Source: a virus (lineage: Duplodnaviria > Caudoviricetes). From it: DNA of 64,000 nucleotides. How positions within the stretch are numbered: position 1 is the first letter of the stretch; every line of letters starts with the position of its first letter. Below are positions 17,626 through 28,300 of this stretch, one piece after another. A program made the translations under genes and the position numbers. Under the pieces are notes generated by a model. It saw nothing but the letters and a program-made list of their open reading frames with translations. It was not told the origin of the DNA and made no database searches. The DNA lies in IMG/VR virus record IMGVR_UViG_3300029305_003514, positions 98,355-162,354 of that record; one strand, written 5' to 3'.

Positions 17626-19966
17626 ATGGCTAATTTTATGAGATTTAATAGCACCGTTCAGGCTGCTTTTGATAACAATTCTGAAAACTTTGCTAACTTC
17701 CAGAAGCTTCTAGTTGATGCTGCTAATAAGGAAGTTAAGGAATATTCTGCTAAGGAAGCTAACGCTAAGATTGTTGAGAAGTTCCGTGCTGCTCTAGGCA
17801 TTTCTAAGGAAGATAAGCCTCAGTTTGTTAAGCGTGCAATCCGCGCTAACCGTGAGTTAGTATTTACCATTATTGAAGAGACTATTGAGGAGGTTCTTAT
17901 CGCTGGTTGGATGGAGAATCCTTTCTTCATGCAGTTCGTTGATAGCCGTAACCTAGCTCTAAATGATGAGAATGACTTCTATGTTGAAGACGATTCTATT
18001 CTAAGTGTTTCTAAGGTAAGCGGTAATCACCATAATATGATTCGCCAGAGATTAGGTGCTGGTAGACATTTCTCTGTTGCTGGCGAATGGTTTGGCATTA
18101 AATTTAGTGCCCTTATAGCGTAAGCTGTTCGAATAAAATATGCATCGAATTGCTGGAAAATCCTAAAGCTGTATTGGCTACAACGTGGTGTGTAAACACG
18201 AGCGTGAATGCTACGAAAGTAGAAAAAACAAATACAGATTACATATGGTTAAATCCTAAGTGTAACTATAATGGATAATCAGCAGCTAAGTTCCCAAATA
18301 TTGACAATACAAAATTAATGTAGTATAATATTTGCGGAAAAAGTTCAACGACTAGTCGGAAGACGTAGGATTACAAGCGATTGGTAATCCGAAGTGGTGC
18401 ATACCCATTATTATGGGTAAAGATATAGTCTGATCTTTAGTGAAAGCTAAAGGGTTTTAAACCAACATAGGAGTAGCGTCCTAAATATCATTTTTCTGAA
18501 TAATTACATAAAGGTTTGAGCTAATGAGAAAATATTTATGTGGAATTTACTGCATAGAAAATATAATAAATAATAAAAAATACATTGGTTTATCACGGGA
18601 TATATATAGAAGATGGAATGAACATAAAAGCGAACTCCGTAATAATAGTCATGCAAACATTTATTTGCAAAGAGCATGGAATATAAATGGAGAAGAGGCT
18701 TTTAAGTTTAATATCTTAGAATTATGCGACCCTTCTGTTATTTGTGACAAAGAACGTTATTATATTGCAAAATATCATACACTATCTCATGAAAATGGAT
18801 ACAATTTAACAAGTGGTGGCGAAAGCGCCCCGACTACTAATAAAAAAGTTATTCATTTATTATCTGGGAAAGTATACGAATCGGTAAAAGAAGCGGCAAA
18901 AAATAATAATGTCGTTGATATTACTATGATAGATTGGTGTAAAAAATATTATAATTTTATGTATTTTGATGAGTATAATTCAATGGATCAAGAACAAATA
19001 AATTATTATACAAATTTTGATTGGACAACATTTGTACATAATAAATTAAGTAGAGCACATTCTCGTGAAAATTTAAGTCAGGAGTCGCTATTACGATATA
19101 GTCAATGCACTTCTGGTAAAAATAATCCAAGAGCAACCGCTATTTATTCACCAGAATTAGATGAGTCGTTCTGGGGAGCAAAAGAGGCGTCAGAAAAGTA
19201 TGGAGTTAATCATACTAGTATTTCGTCTTGTATTAACGGAAAATTAAAACATGCAGGCAAACATCCTGTTACTGGTAAGCCATTAACATGGCAAAAAATA
19301 GAAAAATGATATTTTAATGTTAAACACAAATGTAAGATTTACGCTGATTTTGAGCGCGTTCTTCTAGGCGCTGAGGATTGGGCTTCTTTTGTAACTAAGG
19401 TTACTGAAGCTATCAACCGTTATCTCTATGACGCACTTTACGCTTCTTTACGTGGCGCTAAGGAAAGCCTTGGTGCTAACTGGGTTAAGTCTGGTGCTCT
19501 AGAGACTGCTAACAAGGCTACTCTTGTTAAGCTTTGCCAGGATATTTCCATGGCTACCGGTTCTGAGGTTACCATCTTTGGTGCTCGTACCGCTCTATCT
19601 TCTCTAACTGCTATGGCTGATGTTAATTGGCTTTCTGAGAATATGAAGGACGAGTATTATAAGAACGGCGGCATTCTTGGTAACTGGGAAGGCTTCCAGG
19701 TTGCTGAGATTGGTCAGGGTCTAAAGCGTGGCGCTTCTATCAATAGCGCTTCCGTTGAGTATCAGCTTGATACCGACAGACTTTACATCATCCCCACTTC
19801 TGTTGCAAACAAGTTTATCAAACTTGTTAACTATGGTGAGACTCAGGTTTCTCAGGTTACTGATAAGGATACCAACAGAGATATGAGCCAGGAATACGAA
19901 GTACTCTACAAGATGGGTATTAACGTAATTCTCGCTACCGTATTTGGTGTTTGGGAAATCATCTAA
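17626..19966 (+). CDS. Major capsid protein, spliced: join(17626..18098,19333..19966), 368 aa
   Basis: Removing the intron gives ...EWFG-I-KIYADFERVLLGAEDW... in frame with track ORF 19550..19966; size, position and codon bias fit an MCP. Confidence 0.85.
18301..18329 (+). promoter_or_regulatory. Consensus sigma-A/70 promoter inside intron 1, overlapping motif copy 3
   Basis: TTGACA-17 nt-TATAAT, with ACAATACAAAATTAA at 18304-18318. Confidence 0.8.
18524..19309 (+). CDS. Intron-encoded GIY-YIG homing endonuclease
   Basis: GIYCIENIINNKKYIG, RRW..H, ERYYI, GYNLTSGG; NUMOD-like C-terminal HTH. Confidence 0.92.
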   Translation: MRKYLCGIYCIENIINNKKYIGLSRDIYRRWNEHKSELRNNSHANIYLQRAWNINGEEAFKFNILELCDPSVICDKERYYIAKYHTLSHENGYNLTSGGESAPTTNKKVIHLLSGKVYESVKEAAKNNNVVDITMIDWCKKYYNFMYFDEYNSMDQEQINYYTNFDWTTFVHNKLSRAHSRENLSQESLLRYSQCTSGKNNPRATAIYSPELDESFWGAKEASEKYGVNHTSISSCINGKLKHAGKHPVTGKPLTWQKIEK

Positions 19967-19997
19967 TTAATTTTAAAGGATAAAAGGAGAAAATAAT

Positions 19998-20564
19998 ATG
20001 GCTAATGCAAAAAAGAACACTACCATAAAAGATGAAATTATTGAAGAAATTACTGAAGAAATCGTCGAAGAGGTTGTTGAAGAGGTTGAAAAACCTAAGA
20101 AAATCAACAAACCTAAGCATGATCCTAGTGAACTAATTCTTTGCAGAAGTGTTCGTTTTGGAGAACTAATTCTAATTGGCCCTAAGACTCGTATGCCTTA
20201 TTCTTGGGCTAACGAAGGCGATGTTAGAGAAGTTGAATATCAGGATCTTATGTCTTGGAGAGCTTTACGTTCCAAATATCTTTTTGATCCAATGATTATC
20301 ATTGAGGATGAGGATCTTGTAGAGGAATGGAAGGCAGACCTGGGCAAGATTTATGATAATGTGCAGGCTATTGATCTTAAGGAAATGTTTAAACTACCTC
20401 ATAGACAATTTGTTGCACAGCTTAAGAGACTTCCTACAAGTATGAAGTCTACCGTACAGAATATGGCATATGCTATGATTCAGGACGGTACTTTATATGA
20501 CCTTAGAACAATTAGAGCAATCGACGAAATTTTAGGTACTGAATTAATCATGATGATTGGATAA
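19998..20564 (+). CDS. Virion morphogenesis protein (post-capsid)
   Basis: Position after MCP; strong RBS. Confidence 0.55.
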   Translation: MANAKKNTTIKDEIIEEITEEIVEEVVEEVEKPKKINKPKHDPSELILCRSVRFGELILIGPKTRMPYSWANEGDVREVEYQDLMSWRALRSKYLFDPMIIIEDEDLVEEWKADLGKIYDNVQAIDLKEMFKLPHRQFVAQLKRLPTSMKSTVQNMAYAMIQDGTLYDLRTIRAIDEILGTELIMMIG

Positions 20565-20578
20565 GGAGGCTGATATAT

Positions 20579-21004
20579 ATGGCCACCTCTTATGAAAACA
20601 TTTATGATTTAGCCACAAGAAAAATAACAGATTTTGATTTGGCAGCTATGAATGACGTAGACTTAGAAGATACTCTGCATGGGTATCTTCTAAGCGCCAT
20701 TGCAAATTTTCGTAAATGTAAGAATGACCTCTCGGATCGAGACGATGAACTAAGAAGATTTAACGTAGATCTGTTAGATATCGAGAAAGAAATTCTTGCA
20801 ATCTTGATGGTAAGAGCTTGGTTGGCTCCGCAGATTTCCAGTACTCTTTTGACCTCGCAGGTTTTTTCTGATAAAGAGGCAAAATATTACTCGCAAGCTG
20901 CGCATATATCAGAACTACTAGCACATGATGAGAAATTGAAACTTGAGGCACAAAAACTATCTAGAGATTACAGCTATGAATTTAGCTCTTATTTGGAGGG
21001 ATAA
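20579..21004 (+). CDS. Putative head-tail connector
   Basis: 141 aa; MATSYENIY start and YSQAAH motif; position. Confidence 0.55.
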   Translation: MATSYENIYDLATRKITDFDLAAMNDVDLEDTLHGYLLSAIANFRKCKNDLSDRDDELRRFNVDLLDIEKEILAILMVRAWLAPQISSTLLTSQVFSDKEAKYYSQAAHISELLAHDEKLKLEAQKLSRDYSYEFSSYLEG

Positions 21005-21006
21005 TT

Positions 21007-21294
21007 ATGAACATTCCCTCTTCTCAATTAGTTGCACAAAAGCGCTATTTTTATGGGGCCATTATTAATTGCTTGTATCAGAAAGAGAAAAATGATCCAA
21101 GTCTTGATGCCCATATTCAATCTCTTATTAATCAAATTGGTGGTTCTAGCAAGATATTTAACTATCAGCCTGAAATCTTAACAATCGTAGCATGTTTAGA
21201 AACTGCCCGTAATAATCCGAAGCAGTTTAGAAAATCTATTTTAGATGCAGCAAATTTTGTTAATGTATTAAAGGATGGTGATTGTAATGCTTGA
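21007..21294 (+). CDS. Hypothetical protein in the neck module
   Basis: GGAGG RBS; packed between structural genes. Confidence 0.6.
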   Translation: MNIPSSQLVAQKRYFYGAIINCLYQKEKNDPSLDAHIQSLINQIGGSSKIFNYQPEILTIVACLETARNNPKQFRKSILDAANFVNVLKDGDCNA

Positions 21295-22495
21295 TTTATT
21301 TAAAGCCAGAATGGCTATTCAAGGAGCGGGACAATCACAAGCGTATCGGCGTAATGCTGATATGGTAATTGATAAAACATTTAAGCGCGACCCAGCATAT
21401 CGAGAGGTGTATGTAACTCATGCTCCAAGCGATATGTTCAATGTTAAATATGATGCCAAATTTTTTATTAATACAAGAAGATCTCTTGCAGGTGATGAAG
21501 AAGATTATAACATCCAGCTTCGTCAGCATATGAGTATTCCTGTTGGTTCTTATATTGATATTCCAGATAATAATGGAGAATTAGAAAGATGGCTTGTTGT
21601 ATTAAAAGATAGCCATCCACAGTTTCCTACTTATTATGTTTTAAAATGTAACTGGACTCTTAAGTGGAAAATTGGAGATATTGTTTATAGTATTTTGGGT
21701 GTTTTGAGAACACAGAGTTCCTACAATAGTGGTGTTTGGACGGACTATGTCATGACTTCTGTAGAAAACCAACAGAAGTTTTGGTGCCCAACAACACCTT
21801 ATTCTCAAACTATAAACTACGACCAAAGAGTTCTTATGAATGAACCTGGTCGCCCAATCCCTATTGCTTGGAGAGTTTCTAAATATGAACCTCTTCAACC
21901 ATTAGGTGTAACAAAGCTAACATTTACTCAGGAACTTGCTTCTTTGCCAGAAGATTGCGGCCAATATGGTATTGCAAACTTCTGTCCGCATAAAGAACAT
22001 TCTGGGCTTAAATCGGAGCTCTGTGCGCATTGTTCATTGAAAGAGCCAATATACATTGATGCAGGTATTGAAATGCCTACTCCCGAATCTGCCAAAGGCC
22101 GTATCACATATACTGGTAACGCAAATATTCGTGTAGGTGGCAGTCCGAAAATATTAACTGCGGAATATTGGGATGAATTAAATGGAGAATTTGTGCCATA
22201 TGATGCTTATTGGAAAATTACATTTGATAATTGCGCAATTCATGCTCATTTTAATGGGTTTAATTGGGAAGTAATTCCTGATAGTTCTGAATTTGGGCTT
22301 GAGGTTAAAGGCGGCAATGTAAGATGTTTTATTGATAAAAAAGATATTTTTAAAATTAAACTTGCGGCAGACGGTAAATCACTTAAATTAAGTTGTGACC
22401 AGCTATACAGTATGGTTGGAAAACAAATGAAGATTGAATCTAGAGATGATACCGGTGGTAATGCTGCAGAAATTAGTATGGAGGTGATTAGCTAA
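21287..22495 (+). CDS. Putative head closure/neck protein
   Basis: LKCNWTLKW and SYNSGVWTD motifs; position. Confidence 0.55.
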   Translation: MLDLFKARMAIQGAGQSQAYRRNADMVIDKTFKRDPAYREVYVTHAPSDMFNVKYDAKFFINTRRSLAGDEEDYNIQLRQHMSIPVGSYIDIPDNNGELERWLVVLKDSHPQFPTYYVLKCNWTLKWKIGDIVYSILGVLRTQSSYNSGVWTDYVMTSVENQQKFWCPTTPYSQTINYDQRVLMNEPGRPIPIAWRVSKYEPLQPLGVTKLTFTQELASLPEDCGQYGIANFCPHKEHSGLKSELCAHCSLKEPIYIDAGIEMPTPESAKGRITYTGNANIRVGGSPKILTAEYWDELNGEFVPYDAYWKITFDNCAIHAHFNGFNWEVIPDSSEFGLEVKGGNVRCFIDKKDIFKIKLAADGKSLKLSCDQLYSMVGKQMKIESRDDTGGNAAEISMEVIS

Positions 22496-23010
22496 TGGTT
22501 AGAGATATTCAAAATATTGATGATGATATTTGCGCGATGAAACGTCTGATTCGTCAGAAATTAACATCTGATCCAGATATTATTGAAGTATTAAATAATC
22601 AGCAGCTAGATCCTTCAAGTCCAGATGATTATTTGAATCGTAATATCTATGCATATATTCGTGTACCACAGATTCAAGATGTAGCGAATAATTTTATCTG
22701 TTTTAGTGTTGATGACATGGAGCCAGACAGAGATAATTCTATTATGAAGATTCAATATGTACAATTTGTAATATTTTGTCATGGTGATGATGTGAAGACT
22801 CCATATGGAATTGAAAGACACGATTTACTTGGATATTTAATTCGTGATATTTTTGGCCATAGTCATATGTTTGGTATGACGGCTAAATTGGTTTATAACC
22901 GTGAAAGTACAACCGACACAAACTATTCATGTAGAACTTTAAAGTTCGAGCTTATCAAAACTAATTCTTTAAACAATAATCTTGTAAGGAATAAGTATGA
23001 GAAGTATTGA
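22495..23010 (+). CDS. Putative tail terminator/completion protein
   Basis: RHDLLGYLIRDIF motif; TAATG coupling with upstream gene. Confidence 0.5.
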   Translation: MVRDIQNIDDDICAMKRLIRQKLTSDPDIIEVLNNQQLDPSSPDDYLNRNIYAYIRVPQIQDVANNFICFSVDDMEPDRDNSIMKIQYVQFVIFCHGDDVKTPYGIERHDLLGYLIRDIFGHSHMFGMTAKLVYNRESTTDTNYSCRTLKFELIKTNSLNNNLVRNKYEKY

Positions 23011-23737
23011 TTTAATGCATATTGAACCTTTAGATTTATATATAGGAAAACCATATAAAATCAATGAGCAAGTTATTTGCTATCAGCCTAAAATTGGCGA
23101 CATTGCTGAATATGGTGAGAATGCATATTTTTCTATGGTTCATGCGCTTTGTTCCACTCCTGCTGATATGAAAGTTCGTCTTTTTGATGCAGGTATTAAT
23201 TGGATGGAGATTAGTAATTTTGAGCTATTTGCAATGATTGCTCCGTCTCTGCCAGTTGATCAAACTCGTATTATTCTTGGAGATCTTGATTTATCAAAAA
23301 TGAAGGTTTATAAGAATAAAGAAAATGGCGAAGTTTTGTTAGCAAGTATGGAACAACAAATCAAAATAGATAGGCTAATTTATGAAAGAATGATTGGTTG
23401 TATTCGTAAAATGCATGGTTTAAAACCTAATAATGAAAAGGCCCATAATAAAGCAACTATGCGAGCAATGATAGAGAATGATAGACAAACTATGGAAATA
23501 AATTCTAAAAAAGAACCTAGTTCGTACCTACTACCTCTTATCTCAGCGGTTCGTTGTAAAATGGGCTGGACATTAGATTATATTATTCAAGAAGGAATTT
23601 ATTCGTTTTTTGATACTGTGAATAGATTGAATGTAATAGATAATTCTACTCATTTAATGAGTGGAATATATGCTGGCACCGTGGATGCCAAGAAGATTTC
23701 ACGAGAAAATCTTAACTGGATGCGTGAATTAAAATAA
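22997..23737 (+). CDS. Tail-module protein
   Basis: 246 aa ending GIYAGTVDAKKI...LNW; position. Confidence 0.55.
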   Translation: MRSIDLMHIEPLDLYIGKPYKINEQVICYQPKIGDIAEYGENAYFSMVHALCSTPADMKVRLFDAGINWMEISNFELFAMIAPSLPVDQTRIILGDLDLSKMKVYKNKENGEVLLASMEQQIKIDRLIYERMIGCIRKMHGLKPNNEKAHNKATMRAMIENDRQTMEINSKKEPSSYLLPLISAVRCKMGWTLDYIIQEGIYSFFDTVNRLNVIDNSTHLMSGIYAGTVDAKKISRENLNWMRELK

Positions 23738-23768
23738 TTATTATAAAATTTATTAGGAGGAAAATATT

Positions 23769-24536
23769 ATGGCAATTAATGTTAATAATCTTGTATTTGA
23801 CAAGGTTCTTCGTGTTGTTGCGTTCAACAAATCTACCGATGCTTATCTATACAGCATGAGCCAGGTTCAGGATGCTGCTATCAATGGTGCTGCTGAGGCT
23901 ACTGAGGTTCTTGACAACGTTGGTGCTCGTATCATGACCCTTTATCGTGCTAAGACCGCTGAGTTCTCTGGTGCTAACGCTCTATTTGATCTTGGCCTAC
24001 TTGGCGCTCAGGTTGGTTCTGAGAAGAAGATTGGCGCTGCTACCGTTCCTGCTTTCGAGACCATCGAAGTTGGCGGTGAGATGAAACTTGCTCACACTCC
24101 TGTTGGCGAGATCACTGAGATCTTTGCTCTCAATGGCGACAGCTCTCTTGGTACCAAGTATGTTGCTGGCACCGCTGCTTCTGAGACCGAGTTTGTTATT
24201 ACTGAAGACGGTACTGTTACTGCTCCTACTAGCCTAGCTGCTGGCGCTAAGCTCTTCGTTATGTATGATTATGAGGCTACTGATGCCATCTCTATCGTTA
24301 ACGAATCCAACGCTTTCCCCAAGGCTGTTAAGCTCGTAATTGAGGCTCTTTGCTATGATCCTTGCGATCAGGATACTAAGATTCTCTGCTACATCACTGC
24401 TAAGAATGCTATCATGTCTTCTGACTTTGATGTAACTCTTGCAGCAGGCGAGACTCATCCTTTCACCTATCAGCTACAGCAGGATTACTGCGACTCTGAG
24501 AAGAGACTTTACGAAGTAGTAGTTGTAGAGGACTAA
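23769..24536 (+). CDS. Major tail (tube) protein
   Basis: 255 aa; strong RBS, extreme high-expression codon bias, followed by a terminator-like hairpin. Confidence 0.7.
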   Translation: MAINVNNLVFDKVLRVVAFNKSTDAYLYSMSQVQDAAINGAAEATEVLDNVGARIMTLYRAKTAEFSGANALFDLGLLGAQVGSEKKIGAATVPAFETIEVGGEMKLAHTPVGEITEIFALNGDSSLGTKYVAGTAASETEFVITEDGTVTAPTSLAAGAKLFVMYDYEATDAISIVNESNAFPKAVKLVIEALCYDPCDQDTKILCYITAKNAIMSSDFDVTLAAGETHPFTYQLQQDYCDSEKRLYEVVVVED

Positions 24537-24546
24537 TTTATTAATT

Positions 24547-24575
24547 AAGGCCCCTGTTTTTCAGGGGCCTTTATT
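24547..24575 (+). terminator. Intrinsic terminator-like hairpin
   Basis: AAGGCCCCTG-TTTTT-CAGGGGCCTT. Confidence 0.7.
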
Positions 24576-24599
24576 AAAATATTTTAAAGGAGGCTAATT

Positions 24600-25034
24600 A
24601 TGGCAAAGTCTAAACGTTCCTGTTATTTATGTGGGAACACTTATGAATATTGTGACTGTAATCGCCAGCCCCCATTCATGGCAACTTTCTGCTCAGAAAA
24701 TTGTAAAGATATATTTAAAACATTATGCTCTTACGGTTCAGGCATGATTTCTGCGGAAGATTGCAAGGAGTTGCTCGGTTGTTGTGATTTAAGCAATAAA
24801 GATTCTTATAAGGAGTCCATCCGTGGCACTATTGATAATTTATATGCTATTCCTTCAGTAATAATTGAAGAACCTAAAGTGGCAGAAGAGCCAGTAGTGG
24901 AATCGGTTGTCGAGGAAGTTATCGAAGAGGTTAAATTAGAACAACCCGCAGAAATTCCTGACGGTATTCCTGAATTTAATTTAGCACGCAAAAATAAAAA
25001 GCGTAAACATGAAGTAGTTGTAGAAGATATCTAA
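24600..25034 (+). CDS. Cys-rich protein with acidic linker
   Basis: CYLCG..YEYC..FCSENC; AAGGAGG RBS. Confidence 0.7.
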   Translation: MAKSKRSCYLCGNTYEYCDCNRQPPFMATFCSENCKDIFKTLCSYGSGMISAEDCKELLGCCDLSNKDSYKESIRGTIDNLYAIPSVIIEEPKVAEEPVVESVVEEVIEEVKLEQPAEIPDGIPEFNLARKNKKRKHEVVVEDI

Positions 25035-25069
25035 TAAGGTGCTACTTTATGTGGTACCTTATTTTTTTT
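25033..25069 (+). terminator. Intrinsic terminator
   Basis: AATAAGGTGCTA...TGGTACCTTATT followed by a T run. Confidence 0.65.
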
Positions 25070-25090
25070 CGGACAAAAGGAGAAAGCATT

Positions 25091-25309
25091 ATGACAAAAA
25101 GCGGATTAATTCCCGGTGTTGAATATAGTCCAACCAATGTTGCTTATATTACAAATTTGCGCCAAGCATATTTGTATTTAAGAAACGGTGCAAAGTTGGT
25201 AGATATTTTATATTTTAATACCAAAAATGATTCTTTAGTATTTTTATTTGAAAAATCTACACATCTTAAATTATTATATGAGCTGTGGAATAAACATGAA
25301 TTAGTATAA
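25091..25309 (+). CDS. Small DUF5659-like protein
   Basis: AAGGAG RBS; YITNLRQAYLYL.NG...LVFLFEK...LYELW. Confidence 0.6.
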   Translation: MTKSGLIPGVEYSPTNVAYITNLRQAYLYLRNGAKLVDILYFNTKNDSLVFLFEKSTHLKLLYELWNKHELV

Positions 25310-25325
25310 AGTAAGGAGGCTAAAA

Positions 25326-28300
25326 ATGGCACGTTCATTTGAAGAATCTAAAAAACTATTAATGCAACAAGCAGCAACGTCAATGATGATGTCATCGCCT
25401 ACTGATAATATTGGAATAATGACGTTGGCTGCCGATGATACCATGGGAATTCCAGCATATTCCGAATTTACAAGAAGCGATAAATATATTTGGAATGATC
25501 AATATGCCGACAATAGGATATCTAATATTGATGAAAATAAAAATATTACACTTGATAGTTCTCAGATTAATATAACCCAAGAAGAAAATAGCCAATATAT
25601 TCCATTCCAGATGCCAAGATATGCTGATGGTTTTGATTTAATGTCTACCGCCATTTCTATTCATTACTTAACAAGTGATGGATATCATGGAGAAGCCGCA
25701 CCAATTAATGTTAGTTATGATACTGCGACTATTAGATTTGGATGGCTTATAGATGGAAATGTAACTCATGTAGCGGGAAATGTTAAGTTTGAAATTCGTG
25801 CAATCGGTGTAAATAATAATGGCAACGGGTATATGTGGAAGTCAAAAACATTTGAAAAGTTAAATGTTTTAAAATCATTGATTGATGACAGAACCATAGA
25901 GTTAGATAAAACATGGCTCGAGGATCTTGTTACTAGAGTAACTGAAAATGTTACCGAGCAAATTGCAGAAGTGCAAGTCGCTGAACAAGTTGCGGCTGCA
26001 GAAAGTGCCGCCAATAGAGCTGAAACAGCCGTTGAAACAATAGGCGCATCATTAAATAATTATTATACAAAATCAGAAGTAGATAACGCTGTTGCTAATG
26101 TAAAAGTTGATTTAACAGGATATGCTACTGAGTCATATGTCCAACAACAAATATATACAATTCCAGAATTATTTTTAAGTGACTATGCGTTAAAATCTGA
26201 TATTCCAACAAATATTTCTGAGTTTGTTAACGATGCTGGATATTTGACTGAGCATCAAAGTCTTGAAGCATATGCATTAAAATCTGAAATTCCAAGTATT
26301 GCAGGATTAGCTACTACGTCTTATGTAGACGAAGCCGTTGCAAATGTTGATGTAACCGATCAGCTATCAGAGTATGCTAAAGTTTCAGATGTTTACACTA
26401 AGGGCGAAATTGATGAAGCAATTTCTAATGTTGAAGTTGACCTTAGCGGCTATTACACTAAAACTGAAATTGATACTAAGACTGGTACTTTGGCTGATTC
26501 TATTTCAACTAATACAGATAGTATTACATCTTTGAATAATACAGTCAAAGATATCAATCAAAGTTTAGAAAATATAGATCAAGCTCCTCGCGTAACATAT
26601 GAAGCAACATATGGCAATGTAGATATGGATGATGGTACTACTGCGGAGTATATGTTTACTCTTTGGGAAACCGAGGGCGAAAATACCCCGACTGTTAAGA
26701 GTCGTTTTCAAATTATGGGAGGCGGCGGACAAACTAGTAGCGTAGTATTACGTATTGCTTATGTTGAAGGATATGCCACCCCTATTGTTGCGACTATTAA
26801 CGATCCTGTAATTGTAAAATATGAATTTTCTGGCGAAGACTCTGCCGGAGATACCAATCTGGATGGTACTGCATCTTGGAAGGTCGGCAATAGAGTTGTT
26901 GCTACTGAGGAAGTTTCTACTGGTATTTGTGAATTTGATTTAACCAAATATGTAAGTATTGGTGATAATAAAATAGTTCTTACTATCACACATGCAACTG
27001 GTGCAATTGCAACTAAGGCATGGACTATTAAAGTTGTTGATGTTAGATTAGAATCTAGCTTTGATGATACTCGTAAATATGTTGCTGGTGAAAATGTTAG
27101 TTTTACATTTACTCCATATGGTGGTGTTGATAAAACTGTGCATTTTCTATTGGATGGCAAGGAAATTGCGACAAAAACAAGTCCTGCATCCGCTGCTGGT
27201 TTGTCAGATTCTTATATGATTCCTGCGCAAGAACACGGAGTTCATTTATTTGAAATTTATTTAACAACAGTTATTAATAATAATACTATTGAATCTAATC
27301 ATATTATAAAAGATGTTATTTGGTATGATGAAAATTCTGATGTGCCAGTTATTAGCTGTATTGATCAGGACTTTACTGTTCGTCAGTATGATGTTAAAAA
27401 CATTGTTTATACTGTTTATGATTCTAATACCGAGACTCCTAGTGTAAATTTGCGTGCTACTTATGTAGATGAAGAAGGTAATACTATTGAGGAATTTAAT
27501 TCTAATTTAGTATTAAATTCTAATACTCAAACCTGGCAGTATAAGAGTGATGTTATTGGAGAGCATATTCTTACAATTACTTGCGGAGAAACTGTTAAAA
27601 CTTTAGTTGCCACAGTTACTGAACTCGGAATCAATATAAGCCCAATCACTGCGGGATTAGCATTTGATTTTAATCCTGTTGGATATTCTAATAGTGATGA
27701 GAATCGTTTGTGGTCTAGCGGAGATATTGCAATGACAGTATCTGAGAACTTTGACTGGGTAAATGGCGGATATCAAATTGATGAGAATGGTAACCAGTAT
27801 TTCTGTATTAAAGCTGGTACAAGCGCAGATATTAATTATGAGCTATTTGGTGATGATGCCAAGGTTGATGGCAAACAAATGAAGCTTATTTTTAAGACCA
27901 TGAATGTTGCAGACACCGAAGCAACATTTATGTCATGTGTAAGCCAATCTTCTGCAGGTGACAATATTGGTATTGTTATGAAGGCACATGAGGCAATAAT
28001 TTATGCTAGTGCAGACCAAGATAAATTACCATTACCATACGCAGAAGAAGAAATTATTGAATTTGAGTTTAATATTACACCTAGCACAGAATCTCCATCT
28101 ATGATTATGGGTTATGAAGATGGTGTGTCTACCAGACCTTTTGTATATAATAGCACACATAATTTCCAACAGCAAATGGGTTCTAGAAAAACAATTACTC
28201 TCGGATCTCCTGATTGTGATTTGTATATTTATCGCTTTAAGGTGTATAAGAATTCTCTATCTGATAGAGATATTTTAAATAACTTTATTGCAGATGCTCG

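Larger units (their letters stand above)
18099..19332 (+). ncRNA. Group I self-splicing intron in the major capsid gene
   Basis: P1 GGCAUUAA/UUAGUGCC with U.G at 18098; P AATTGCTGGAAA, Q AATCAGCAG, R GTTCAACGACTA, S AAGATATAGTCT; terminal G 19332; long stem AAATATCATTTTTCT/AGAAAAATGATATTT encloses the ORF. Confidence 0.92.

Noticed and set aside
17626-18123. MCP as a pseudogene or two separate genes (165 aa and 138 aa)
   Set aside because: Group I intron elements and exact frame restoration explain the split
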